A stretch of 64,000 bases of DNA from an uncultured Poribacteria bacterium (GCA_951813565.1 OX638351.1:352001-416000), one strand, 5' to 3'. Positions 1 to 10,583 are shown, counted from the stretch's first letter. Notes: generated from the sequence alone by a model not told the origin. Numbers and translations are program-made.

Positions 1-494
1 GGCAATTCAAGCATGTTTGCTTCAGCAGGTGTCGCATTTGGCTCCTGTTCCTTGATCTCAGGAAGGTCGCCAACGATAAAGTTTTGCGGGTTGGAGACAC
101 CGTTTGGTGTGATAAGACGTATTTGATGGTTGCCTAAAGGGGCTTCAGGTGCAATTTGGAATGAAATAACTAAGCGAGGATTGTTTGGAATGTTGCCAGA
201 AATACCTGATCCATTAAAACGGACTCTTGCTGCTGGAGATTTTTTCTTTATTTTTGCTGTGATTCCTTCCTTACTAAACCATATCTCAGCATTCTCGTTG
301 ATGTTTTTGCCTTCAAGTGTAATATCAATGGTTTGTCCGCGCTGTGCTGCGCGAGGTGAAACACTTGTCAGCTGCGGTGCGACCTGTGCATGTGCTAAAC
401 CTACAATAAAAAAAAGAGACAGAACTCCTTGAATTAGAAAATTTTGACGTTTGTGTCCTGTTTTTGTTTGTTTACAAAATAGTGTATCAGGCAT
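1..494 (-). CDS. Secreted PPC/IPT-like domain protein typical of DUF1501-DUF1549 clusters (3' end beyond window)
   Basis: Not in ORF track; manual translation from ATG at 494 (RBS GAGG upstream): MPDTLF...FFIVGLAHAQVAPQLTSVSPRAAQRGQTIDITLEGKN...GVSNPQNFIVGDLPEIKEQEPNATPAEA, open to window edge. Confidence 0.8.
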   Translation of the reverse strand, partial: MPDTLFCKQTKTGHKRQNFLIQGVLSLFFIVGLAHAQVAPQLTSVSPRAAQRGQTIDITLEGKNINENAEIWFSKEGITAKIKKKSPAARVRFNGSGISGNIPNNPRLVISFQIAPEAPLGNHQIRLITPNGVSNPQNFIVGDLPEIKEQEPNATPAEANMLEL

Positions 495-623
495 ATTTTA
501 TTACCTCTTTACCGGTGCAGTCGTTTACTGCGTCAAATAAAATTGTGATATTGATTTGCTTAAGAAGTGTGGGTAATATCAGGGATCTGAACCTGAAACT
601 ACAGTATTAGGTTTAAACTATCT

Positions 624-861
624 ATAGGTTGGGTTGAACACCGTGAACCTATAGGCGTCAATTTAAGGATTTATTTCAGGTTTCACACATTTTAACCAAA
701 ACAACACCGCAACCCCGATTGTAGGGGCGGGTCCCTGTGCCCGCCCGTTGTTTAAATACATCAGATATGGCGGGGCACAGGGACCCCGCCCTACAATGTG
801 TGACGGGATTTGCCCACTAAATTGACGCCTATGGGTTTCGCTATTGCTCTACCCAACCTAT
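624..861. repeat. Three-level nested palindromic element (REP pair > MITE > GTAG-type REP pair)
   Basis: Outer IR ATAGGTTGGGT 624-634 / ACCCAACCTAT 851-861; middle IR ATAGGCGTCAATTTA 651-665 / TAAATTGACGCCTAT 818-832; inner GTAGGGGCGGGTCCCTGTGCCCGCC 721-745 with inverted partner ending about 794. Confidence 0.85.
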
Positions 862-958
862 GAAGTACCGGTGAGTATTGCTAAATTTCGCCATATATTA
901 GAAAACCTGTGCTTGAACTTCAATCGTCCAAACACAGGTTTCAGTATTAGAACTAAAT

Positions 959-2407
959 TTAGAATATCCCTGTAATCACTTCGCCTTTGACCAATTCACG
1001 TGGTTGGTCTAAGTGGTTCATTACGATTGTGTGCGGGTCAATACCGAGCGTATGGTAAATCGTAGCGAGGATATCCCGCGGATGCACCGGATTTTCAAGT
1101 GGTGTTGAACCTGTTGCATCAGACTTACCGTAAACCTGACCACCTTTGACACCAGCACCAGCGATTAAACCGGTATAGCAATACGGCCAGTGATCACGAC
1201 CATCAGGCGCGTTTCCGTTTCCTGATGTGCTAATACCCATACGAGGTGAGCGACCAAATTCACCAATAGCGAGCACAAGCGTTTCCTCTAACATACCCTT
1301 CTGATCTAAATCTTCGAGCAGTGAAGAAACTGCACTATCTAACTTGGGACAGTGAAGGTTTTTCAGCGGACCGAAGTTGGCTGCGTGGGTATCCCATGCC
1401 GTAGTATTTGGGTTGCCGTTCGCAACAGAAGGCCAGTTCACCTGTACAAATCGTGTGCCAGCTTCAACCAATCGACGTGCAAGAAGTGCACTCTGACCAA
1501 ATGTATGGCGACCATATTTGTCACGCATTTCATCAGCCTCCTGCGACAAATCAAACGCATTACGTGCTTTCTGTGACAAGATGAGGTCATACGCTTTTTC
1601 ATAGTATTCGTTCAGTGCGTAGGAATCCGCTACCTTGTCAATTTCAGGCATATTGGCGTTAATCGTTTCAAGAAGCGTTTTCCGCCGCTGTAACCGAGCA
1701 GGTGGAATTTCTGGACGGAGCGTCAAATCATCAAGATTTATCTCCGTATTGGGATCCTGGAAGAGAAAATATGGGTCATACGCTCTACCGAGGAAACCCG
1801 CATTTCCACCTTTACCGATGATACCACTTTCCTGCATTGGACGCGGGAGTTGGACTGCTGCCAACATCGGTTCATCTGGTGGTCTGAACTTGGAAATATG
1901 TGCTGCAGCATTTGGATGATCGGCAGGAGAAGGTGGGTCAAGCTGCCCCGAAGGTGCAACCTTGTCCGGTGTTTCGCCTGTAACCATTTGATACATGGCA
2001 GCGGTGTGATTGAAAAGTCCTGCTGGCGTGTAGCTTACTGAACGGATAAGACATGCTTTATCCATCTGTTTTGCCAAAAGCGGCATTGTCTCTGACAATT
2101 GAATGCCGTCAACATTTGTTGGGATAGGATTAAATTCACCACGGATATTAGAAGGTGCATCTGGCTTTGGATCCCAGATATCAATGTGACTTGGTCCGCC
2201 TTGCAAGAACAGCAAAATGACAGAATTGGCTTTGCCCCAACCGTTTAGAGGCTTCGCGGGGTCAACTGTCGTGCTTGCCTTGGCTTGGAGTGACAATACT
2301 TGTGGTAGGCTAATGCCCAGCATCGCCGCGCCACCTACGCGGAGAAATTCCCTACGTGAGAACCCATCACATAATCTTCCGGGTGCTTGTGGTAACGATA
2401 ACATCAA
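959..2407 (-). CDS. DUF1501 domain protein with Tat-like motif
   Basis: SRREFLRVG, FLQGGPSHIDIWDPKP, ARRLVEAGTRFV, WDTH, GEFGRSP and GRDHWP motifs. Confidence 0.92.
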   Translation of the reverse strand: MMLSLPQAPGRLCDGFSRREFLRVGGAAMLGISLPQVLSLQAKASTTVDPAKPLNGWGKANSVILLFLQGGPSHIDIWDPKPDAPSNIRGEFNPIPTNVDGIQLSETMPLLAKQMDKACLIRSVSYTPAGLFNHTAAMYQMVTGETPDKVAPSGQLDPPSPADHPNAAAHISKFRPPDEPMLAAVQLPRPMQESGIIGKGGNAGFLGRAYDPYFLFQDPNTEINLDDLTLRPEIPPARLQRRKTLLETINANMPEIDKVADSYALNEYYEKAYDLILSQKARNAFDLSQEADEMRDKYGRHTFGQSALLARRLVEAGTRFVQVNWPSVANGNPNTTAWDTHAANFGPLKNLHCPKLDSAVSSLLEDLDQKGMLEETLVLAIGEFGRSPRMGISTSGNGNAPDGRDHWPYCYTGLIAGAGVKGGQVYGKSDATGSTPLENPVHPRDILATIYHTLGIDPHTIVMNHLDQPRELVKGEVITGIF

Positions 2408-2468
2408 TTATATCCTCCATTATTTGCGCTAACTTCCGTTTTTTGAAGCGCACAAATCGGTTTCGGGC

Positions 2469-4958
2469 TTATCGGTTGAATAAGAACGCGGGACTATTAA
2501 TCAGTGCCCACATTAAATCTTGCGCGCCTTCCTCTTTTGATTCAGCCTTTGCAAGATATTCAACTGCTGTCTTATATTCATTTTCTTGCGGTAACCGAGC
2601 AAATGTTGCCAGGTACATCTCTTCAATGAGTGTACGATCATCCTCATTAGCTTTAATGAGTTTAGCAATTCGTCCATTAGGATCAATAATCGCATTTGCA
2701 ACTGTCGGTCCGTTGATAAGGTTCATCGCATGGGCGAGGCTTACTTCTGTTGTTCTTTCACATTCACATGAACTTTCACGTTCTGGACGACCAAACAATT
2801 TCAAAAATCCGTCATCCTTCACTTTGCTGTCCGGTAGTTGAACAGCGCGAAAATCTTTCGGTACACCTTCGAACTTCGGCTGACTTCCCGTAGCAACACC
2901 GATTGCATCTAACAACTGTTCTGCTGTCAAACGTCGTGCGGTTGCATATGAGAAATTAATGGTATCTGCTTTATTCCATTTGTTCGTTTTGATACTCTGT
3001 TGATAGGTTCGGGAACGAGCGATTGTTTTCATGATATGTTTCATGTCAAACCCGCTCTCCACGAAATCTTTTGTCAGCGCATCAAGCAATTCCGGATTGA
3101 CAGGCGGGTTGCTTGTTCTGATATCATCAACCGGTTCAATGATACCGCGTCCCATGAAGTAACTCCATATACGGTTTACACCTGCTTTTGCGAACATCGG
3201 ATTCTCAGAGGATGTGAGCCATTCTGCCAGGGATTCACGTTTATCAGCTGCATCTTTCTTTGTTTCACCAAATGGCACTGATGCATCAACAACCGCTAAA
3301 GTTCGCGGATGCTTCACTGGAGTTGGACTGAAACTTGCGTATACAACCTCTTCACCCGGCAATCGTCCGTTTTTCACTTTAACATCTGAGAAAAATGCCC
3401 CCAATTCATAGTATTGATTCTGGGTCCATACTTCAAACGGATGATCGTGGCATTTGTTACAAGAGAATCGAACGCCAAGGAAAAGTTGAGTCGTATTTTC
3501 CACAGCAGCGGTGTATTCACGCGAGACACGGAAATAATTTGCTGCTGGATTAGCATAAGCACTACCAGTAGCAGTAATCAGGTCATGCACGAATTGGTTA
3601 TATGGACGATTTTCTGCAATTGACTCCTGTATCCACTGCTGGAAAAGCCACATGCCGCGTTCACCGAGGAATTTACGGTTCGACTGCAACAAGTCACCCC
3701 ATTTATGTGTCCAATGGTCAACAAATTCGGGGGTTTCAGCCAATACATCAATCAATTTTTCCCGTTTTTCCTTAGACGGTGTTTCATCCATAAGGAAACT
3801 TCGCACCTTTTCTGGTCCTGGCGGAAGCCCTGTCATATCAAAGTAAATACGGCGAACAAACTCTTCATCTGTGCATAGTTCAGATGGCAAAATCTTCAAC
3901 CGTTTCAGTTTGTTATGGACATGTGTATCAATGTAGTTGTATTCTGGCGTTTCAACCCATTCGAAACCACTTCTGTCACCCATAACGATGATACCGTTCG
4001 TGCTATAGGCACCCTCATATCGGGTTAGGATAGCAGTTTCACCACGACGTTCCGCTGTTACGACACCTTCATCAGTTACTTTCGCGACCTCATTCACACT
4101 ACTGGTGAATTTTGCTTCACGGGTAACATCGCGTGTTGTTCCATCAGGATAGTGCGCAATAACTATCAACTGCTGCTTATTTCCGGGCATAGACAATTCC
4201 GCGGATCCTGGAATCACCTCTAACCTTTCAACTCGCTGCGTTGTTTCCACGTCAGATGCTACACCTTCACTTATCCACTGATGGATAAGTTTGTAATCAC
4301 GCGTACCTGGGGCGATCACCTGTCCGCCTTTGTGTGGAACCTCCGATGTCGTTTTGAGCAGCATCAGACTCTGTTCGGGAAATGCACGATTGAAGCGGCG
4401 ACCAGATATATCTTCAATCAGAAGTTCGTAATCAAATTCTGGATCGTATCCGCGAAGTGAGAGTTTAAAACCGTTTTTACCTTTTGCAGCGCCGTGGCAC
4501 GTGCCGTTATTGCAACCTGCATGGCTCAAGATTGGCATCACATCTCGCACAAAACTCACTGGCGGTGCATCAATGCTCTTGATGGTTACAGGTAATTCTA
4601 TGCTGACATTCTTGACTGTAACCTTAATCGCTGCAGTTCCAACTGAATTCGGAAAGATGTAACCATCTTCATGCACTTTTACCCCTTCTGATGTAGGTTT
4701 TAGCACTGCCCAAGACGACACATCGACCCAATTTCCATCTTTCGTTTGCCCCGAAACAAGCACACGGCGACCATCGCGCGCATGTTCCAAAGTTAGCGAC
4801 TCAGGGTGAGTTTTTAACGCTTTAATCTCGGGAATATCTACACTCGGTGCGGTCTCCTCCATCTGACTCCAGCTTGAATACTGAAACATTAAACAGCAGG
4901 AGAATGCGATAAGGAGTGTAGCAACCAAGTTATAACTGAGTTTCACATTAACCTCCAT
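2469..4958 (-). CDS. DUF1549/DUF1553 domain protein with Ig-like domains
   Basis: SFVRDVMPIL..GCNNGTCHG, CNKCHDHP, VNRIWSYFMGRGIIEPVDD, CECER, C-terminal WALINSPAFLFNR. Confidence 0.92.
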   Translation of the reverse strand: MEVNVKLSYNLVATLLIAFSCCLMFQYSSWSQMEETAPSVDIPEIKALKTHPESLTLEHARDGRRVLVSGQTKDGNWVDVSSWAVLKPTSEGVKVHEDGYIFPNSVGTAAIKVTVKNVSIELPVTIKSIDAPPVSFVRDVMPILSHAGCNNGTCHGAAKGKNGFKLSLRGYDPEFDYELLIEDISGRRFNRAFPEQSLMLLKTTSEVPHKGGQVIAPGTRDYKLIHQWISEGVASDVETTQRVERLEVIPGSAELSMPGNKQQLIVIAHYPDGTTRDVTREAKFTSSVNEVAKVTDEGVVTAERRGETAILTRYEGAYSTNGIIVMGDRSGFEWVETPEYNYIDTHVHNKLKRLKILPSELCTDEEFVRRIYFDMTGLPPGPEKVRSFLMDETPSKEKREKLIDVLAETPEFVDHWTHKWGDLLQSNRKFLGERGMWLFQQWIQESIAENRPYNQFVHDLITATGSAYANPAANYFRVSREYTAAVENTTQLFLGVRFSCNKCHDHPFEVWTQNQYYELGAFFSDVKVKNGRLPGEEVVYASFSPTPVKHPRTLAVVDASVPFGETKKDAADKRESLAEWLTSSENPMFAKAGVNRIWSYFMGRGIIEPVDDIRTSNPPVNPELLDALTKDFVESGFDMKHIMKTIARSRTYQQSIKTNKWNKADTINFSYATARRLTAEQLLDAIGVATGSQPKFEGVPKDFRAVQLPDSKVKDDGFLKLFGRPERESSCECERTTEVSLAHAMNLINGPTVANAIIDPNGRIAKLIKANEDDRTLIEEMYLATFARLPQENEYKTAVEYLAKAESKEEGAQDLMWALINSPAFLFNR

Positions 4959-5030
4959 AAGTGGTATGAAACTTAACTTTGCGGCGTAACCCGCCTATTT
5001 ACTTTAGTTAACTCTGATTTTGGATTATGT

Positions 5031-5849
5031 CTACCTCTGATTTTTTAAATGTCCCCAGGCTACCGGCAACTTGCCGTATGAGGATACATCTAAATATGCT
5101 GATTCACTTGCTAACCAATTTATAACATTTTCTGTGAGTTGTTCTAACTGGTCAATACTTTTGTTATTCGCATGGTAATTTGGAAGCCGCCAATTCATAT
5201 TAAACACTTTGCCGTCTCCTGCTTCCCAATAACCGAAAGCTGCAACCTTATCGCCCCAATCGTTCGCTGGAGGCCCCCAAGTGTTCGCGAGCGTAATAAA
5301 ATTTTTCCAAAGATCGTAGTAGTCACCGCTTTTTGGAAACCCAGTTGAATTAACCTGAATCCTATCACCAACTTCGGGGGTATCACCATCAATATTTTTT
5401 AGTTCTTTAACCAAGTCATGGTCAAGTGTTTCCTGGAGCACGGTAATGCCTACATTTTGTCCATCATCTGCTTCGGGACCGAATTGACGTGCTTCAGCAT
5501 CCTCCAATCCCATCGGTGTAGCATATCGGATAGCCCAACCTGTCAAAAGGACAGCACCACCACTTTCTGCGTAGTCCAAGAACGCGTCAATTTCTGCATT
5601 GGACAATGCTCCAGGGTCGGTATCCCCTTCGTGCCACCATACAACGGCAAACTTTTTGAATTTATCACTCTTTATGTCACCTTTTCCCAATACCGTTGTA
5701 CTAAATGTGGCTTTAGCAAATTCCAGTGCAGGTTTCGTAAATGGACCGTTATCACCCAGATAGAGAAAACCTACCTCAATTGCAGCATTTCCTATATTTA
5801 AACCACATATTAGCATAAAAGTCAAGCAAAATACAAATTTTCGGGACAT
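5031..5849 (-). CDS. Secreted protein, probable class I glutamine amidotransferase-like fold, with C-terminal GKLxxxWGxLK tail
   Basis: Signal peptide; VVWWH and YAESGGAVLLTG motifs; tail AYLDVSSYGKLPVAWGHLKNQR. Confidence 0.7.
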   Translation of the reverse strand: MSRKFVFCLTFMLICGLNIGNAAIEVGFLYLGDNGPFTKPALEFAKATFSTTVLGKGDIKSDKFKKFAVVWWHEGDTDPGALSNAEIDAFLDYAESGGAVLLTGWAIRYATPMGLEDAEARQFGPEADDGQNVGITVLQETLDHDLVKELKNIDGDTPEVGDRIQVNSTGFPKSGDYYDLWKNFITLANTWGPPANDWGDKVAAFGYWEAGDGKVFNMNWRLPNYHANNKSIDQLEQLTENVINWLASESAYLDVSSYGKLPVAWGHLKNQR

Positions 5850-5949
5850 TTTTCCTCCTAATTACGACAAACTTTCGTTTGTTTCATCTGGGAGATTCTC
5901 ATTTCGGATTGAAATGTGCAGAATGTCGTGTAGCATTCTGCATGTTAGG

Positions 5950-6330
5950 TTATTCAGACACTACTAAAAAAAGCGCAACCACCGCAACTACAAAACTCGA
6001 AATTGCCAAAATAGTTCCAACTGTGTCGTTATTTGATGGGTAGTGCGAAGATGTTTCAGATGATGAAGGTAGAATAACTTTATTAATAGACGAGGAACTT
6101 GTAGAAACCGTTGTCCGAACTTTACGAACAAGCCGCATCTCCATGATGCCGGTATTCGGGTTTTCTACCAACTTCCATTCTTCCACAGTTGTATCTGATC
6201 CAACTATTGGTCCTTGTTCCGTAGAAATTGTATGTGTTGCCCCTGAACAACCGTAAAGGAATATTAAGGCAAAAACAATACCTATGCAATAACAAACTGA
6301 TAAAACGCTACTGTGTCTGATCTTTTTCAT
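5950..6330 (-). CDS. Hypothetical lipoprotein with C-terminal TM helix
   Basis: MKKIRH start, lipobox LYGC, Ser-rich linker, hydrophobic C-terminus. Confidence 0.6.
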   Translation of the reverse strand: MKKIRHSSVLSVCYCIGIVFALIFLYGCSGATHTISTEQGPIVGSDTTVEEWKLVENPNTGIMEMRLVRKVRTTVSTSSSSINKVILPSSSETSSHYPSNNDTVGTILAISSFVVAVVALFLVVSE

Positions 6331-6476
6331 GTTATTACTCCCGTTTCGAATTGCTTCTCGCAAAATGTTGTTGGTATATCACAATATATCAAGAATGTTT
6401 CAAAGAGAATTGGTTCATATTATTAATTATCACACTTTATACGAAAATGGGCAACTAATTTCTGAGATAGACTCTA

Positions 6477-7943
6477 TTACATCGGTCCTACGCGTTCAGG
6501 GCCCCTGTCTATAGCAAACATAGACGCATCAAAATTTCTTTTTAACAAATCTAATTTAGTCTTTTGCTTTTCTTGTGTGTGCCAAAGATTGTTGAACTCA
6601 TCAGGGTCATCAACTAAATCGTAAAGTTCTCCTGCTTCATGTCCGTGATAAACTATTAACTTATAACGCTTATCTCGGTACATTGTTGCGAATGTCCGGT
6701 CACGCATACCAAGTGCATCGTAATATTCACATCGGACGAAGTCCCGATGCTGGTTTGCATCTGATTCGCCTCGGAGGATAGATAATAATGATCGTCCGTG
6801 CATCTGCTCAGGAACAGGCAAGCCCGCTAATTCCAACAGTGTCGGAACTTTGTCAACAAGTTCAACGAGCGCATCACTTTTTAAACCGCTTTCAAAATGC
6901 CCTTGCCACGAGAAAATCAACGGCACTCTGACCAATCCTTCATAAAACCGACATCCTTTTTGTATCAGTCCGTGATCGCCAAGCATCTCGCCATGGTCGC
7001 TTGTGAAGATGATAACGGTGTTTTCACGTTGTCCTGTTTCGTTGAGCACTTCCAGAATTCGACCTAACTGATCGTCAATCAGTTTTATCATTGCATAATA
7101 TGCGGCTTTAAGCGTCTTAGCATCCCTTTCACCCACAATCTCAACTTTGGTTTTACTGCGCGGTGATTGCGCTAAGATCGGATTCCGAATGTCCAATTCA
7201 TCTGGTGTTTGGACTTTCGACTGAAAATCAATCTGACGCAACTTGTGCTGCTGTTCTAAATCACTCTCCTTAAAAAGCGGTTCGGGCATATCCGTTGGAT
7301 TAAACTGTTCCCTATATGACTGCGGCGGATTAAACGGTGGATGCGGGTCATAGATATTGACACTCGTAAGCCAAGGTCCGTCCCGTTCTTCGCGAATGAA
7401 TTCAATCGTCTTTTCTGCACACCAAGTCGTTTGGTGTAATTCTGCTGGCACTCCTTCAGGGTTTTTAGTCAACTCACCGAGTATATATCCTTTTGAACGA
7501 ACCCAATCCGCGTAATCGTGACCTTCCTTCCAATCATCTCGTGGTGCATGGCTATATTGCCAATAGCGATAGCCATCGTTGGCACGTGGTTCTATTCGCC
7601 GAAAAGCACTTGCGAGATGTAGTTTTCCAATTAACCCACAATCGTAACCGATGTCTGCAAGTGTGCGCGTTATAAGCGGATATGTCTCTGGAAAATAGTC
7701 GTTGCCGTTACCACTAACATGTGTAGCACTCGGATACATGCCTGTCAAAAAACTTGCACGACTCGGTGTGCATATAGGGCTTTGACAATAAGCGTGTGTA
7801 AATGCTACGCCATCTGCAACCAAACTATCAATGTTTGGTGTAGATACATACGGATTTCCGAGTGCTCCTATCGTGTCGTAACGCTGTTGGTCTGTGCAAA
7901 TCCATAGGATATTCGGAGTTTCAACAGACATCTTTTCTTTCAT
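6477..7943 (-). CDS. Cys-type (formylglycine) sulfatase
   Basis: PNILWICTDQQR, CTPSRASFLTG, GKLH, DPHPP, SDHGEMLGDHG. Confidence 0.95.
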   Translation of the reverse strand: MKEKMSVETPNILWICTDQQRYDTIGALGNPYVSTPNIDSLVADGVAFTHAYCQSPICTPSRASFLTGMYPSATHVSGNGNDYFPETYPLITRTLADIGYDCGLIGKLHLASAFRRIEPRANDGYRYWQYSHAPRDDWKEGHDYADWVRSKGYILGELTKNPEGVPAELHQTTWCAEKTIEFIREERDGPWLTSVNIYDPHPPFNPPQSYREQFNPTDMPEPLFKESDLEQQHKLRQIDFQSKVQTPDELDIRNPILAQSPRSKTKVEIVGERDAKTLKAAYYAMIKLIDDQLGRILEVLNETGQRENTVIIFTSDHGEMLGDHGLIQKGCRFYEGLVRVPLIFSWQGHFESGLKSDALVELVDKVPTLLELAGLPVPEQMHGRSLLSILRGESDANQHRDFVRCEYYDALGMRDRTFATMYRDKRYKLIVYHGHEAGELYDLVDDPDEFNNLWHTQEKQKTKLDLLKRNFDASMFAIDRGPERVGPM

Positions 7944-9539
7944 TTACTTAGCAGTCGCAGTAAATCCTGCAGTTTTAATTACGTCCGCGAGTTCGTCAAC
8001 CTTAACACTGTTTTTCCGAACCTTAATAATTGCTTGGTCGGGTAAAGAAACTTCAGCGCTAATAACGTTTTGGTGCTTTGTAAGTGCATCCTGCACTTTT
8101 GCAACGCAAGCTCCTCACGTCATACCTGTTACTGTTAAAGTTACATCCTCGCTTGCAGTCGTTTCAATTGGCACGGACATGAAGATGTTCAATTGCTTGC
8201 CAGAATTTGCGCCAAATATACGGATTTTTCCGTCGAAACCACCCGTGGCGAGTTGCGTGCCATCGGGGTGAAATGCAAGTGCAAAAACGCCAACGGTGTC
8301 TCCTTGCATAGATAAAAGCCGTTTTCCATCTACTACGTTATAAATTCGTGCTTCCCCTGAAGAACTACCGACAGCAAATTTGCTCCCATCTACTGAAAAC
8401 GCTACCGCATCAATTGAACCCGACTGCGCTTCATAAGCCTTGATGAGATTGAAATCTGTGTTGCCAACGTCCCTACGGGTTTGACGGAACATTCTGTAAA
8501 GTCGCGGAATGCGATCTTCTCCCACGCTCAAAACTTGGTCAGCCTTCGGGTGCCGCGCAATAGCGTTAATTTCTCCGTAACCTTTGTTGCTTGAGTTAAC
8601 ATCATCTACAAACGAACCCGTATCTACTTCAACCAATTTGAGTGCTGTATCACGACTGCAACTGACAAAATGCGAACCGTCAGTAGAAAAAACTGTGCCA
8701 AAAACCCAGTCGCCATGATTGTCAAATCGGACAAGTTCTTTTTCATCTGTGATAGAGATTACGCGCACCGTTTTATCTGAGGTTCCAAAAGCAATACGAC
8801 TGGCATCAGGTGAGAAAGAGAGTCCATAGATCGTATCATAAGTGGAACGAATAGATTTGATAAGTTTATTTGTAGCAGTGTCCCACAACTGAACCTCGCC
8901 AAATTGTGCGGGGGAACCGCCTGCTATACCAAGTATTTTTCCACCATCAGCATATACAATAGATTGAATACGACGCGCTTTTCCAACCAATCGTGCTTTG
9001 AGTGCAAAACTCTTTGAGTCATACAGCAAAACCTCATTGACACCGGACACTGCAAGTGTGCTTCCATCGGGAGAGTAAGCCATAGCAGAAACTACGGGAG
9101 GCACTGTATAACTTGGATATTCTCCGTTTGTTTCGTCTGCTTCTGCAGGTGTATCGTCTTTTGCACCTTCAAGAATCCAACGTGTGAATAGGTTAATTTC
9201 TTCGGCGGTGAGCGGTTCTTGGTTCTGCGGCATTGCAGGCGGGTCACCCGAAATTAGTTCAATAATGAGACTCTCATCCGGTTTGCCAGGGATGATTGCT
9301 TCTCCTGCCATTCCACCTCGCTTGAGTTCAGCATAAGATGTCACTATCAGGTCAGCATTTGGATCACCGGGATGATGGCATCCTTGACAACTCCGTTTGA
9401 GGATCGGGACAATCTGTTTGTGGTAACTCACTGGTTCTTTTTCCCCATGATTGTCTGCCGCTGCAAACGGACTCCACACAACAGAATAGATCAGAAAAAT
9501 CGAGAAAATACATATAAACTTTAATATTGATATTTTCAT
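7944..9539 (-). CDS. Secreted planctomycete-type cytochrome c + WD40 + HMA domain protein; probable selenoprotein (in-frame UGA at 8115-8117), 531 aa
   Basis: Signal peptide, CQGCH, WD40 repeats; frame continues past TGA as VTGMT-U-GACVAKVQDALTKHQNVISAEVSL...DVIKTAGFTATAK to TAA at 7944-7946. Confidence 0.88.
8075..8114 (-). promoter_or_regulatory. Candidate bacterial SECIS element
   Basis: mRNA after UGA: GGAGCUUGCGUUGCAA-AAGUGCA-GGA-UGCACUU-ACAAAGC; perfect 7-bp stem 8082-8098 with G-starting loop about 23 nt after the UGA. Confidence 0.75.
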
Positions 9540-10166
9540 GCTTGTTGAAAATCCTCTCTCGTTATGGCACGTAATTTTAGTACAATCTACAATGCAATGA
9601 TATTTTAATAGATTTGTAGTAATTATATCACAATTTAATAATAAAATTCAAGAAAACATTAAACATCATTCAGAATCTCGGATTACACGAATTTTGATAA
9701 GTGCTTCTTACAATGTAAGGAGGTGCCATAAATGATACTGTTACAAACGCCACAAATACAGAGAAACGTACAAGTGTTTTAGTTTTATTATTGTTTAACA
9801 TCTTTGTAACATTTGTATCAAGAGTAACGTAATTTTGTTAAACTTGTAATTTTGAAATCTATGACGACAATTTTTTTCGCAATAAGTAGTTTTGGACTTG
9901 CAAAAAGCCCTTAAGCGTTATGGAAATTTATACTTAATAGGGTATGAGAATTCGGAAAAGCACTAAACGGCGAAGACTAATTTCTAACTCTAATCTGCGA
10001 GAACTTCTGCCCCTCCAACTCATATCGGTATAAAAGTTGAGCGCGCTTGATAGATACTTTGCAACGGCAGACAATTCTTCTAATCGTTTTGCCGTTGTGA
10101 TATTAGTGTGGTCCAGCTTGTCAAGACCTTATTCTTTAAGTTCTTCTGCCATCGTTGAGTGAGTCT

Positions 10167-10448
10167 TCATCTCATACTCTCATTGACAAACTTATCAAAA
10201 ATGCTCTCAATGCTCCTATAGTTGTATTTATAGCACGCCTCTGCGACATATAGGGGTGTGTATTCAGTCCAATAGTGGTGATGACTTCCATACCAAGCAC
10301 GTTTGAGAAGTGACCAGAAGCCTTCAATCGTATTGGTATGGACATCACCGTCAACAAATTGTTCTTGATGATCAATGATATGGTGCTTCATCTCTTTACC
10401 GAGTGTGAGATAAGCCTTATACTCATCAGTCATCAACTGCGATTTATC
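10167..10448 (-). pseudogene. IS1595-family transposase, 3' fragment
   Basis: MTDEYKAY...HTNTIEGFWSLLKR...YVAEACYKYNYR; 5' part cut off by MITE/IS982. Confidence 0.85.
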
Positions 10449-10456
10449 TACTTTAA

Positions 10457-10583
10457 CTATACTTTGGACAATTTTAGCTGTTTTCGTGAGGTTGGGTTAG
10501 AGAAAAACATATAGTTTTCATATTGGACACCTAACAGTTTCTCAGCAAGTCCTCGAACAATATGTAAATTGTCCAAACTATAG
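10457..10583. mobile_element. 127-bp MITE with 8-bp target duplication
   Basis: TIR CTATACTTTGGACAATT / AATTGTCCAAACTATAG; TACTTTAA at 10449-10456 and 10584-10591; a solo end recurs near 61043. Confidence 0.8.

Noticed and set aside
902..942. Hairpin AAACCTGTG...CACAGGTTT as terminator after DUF1501
   Set aside because: Long loop and weak U tract; function not supportable
7894..8271. Plus-strand 125-aa ORF spanning the sulfatase/WD40 gap
   Set aside because: It is the antisense shadow of the read-through HMA domain
9930..10152. Short minus-strand frame after the IS1595 fragment (MAEELKE-stop...)
   Set aside because: Early stop and no recognisable homology; too weak to call
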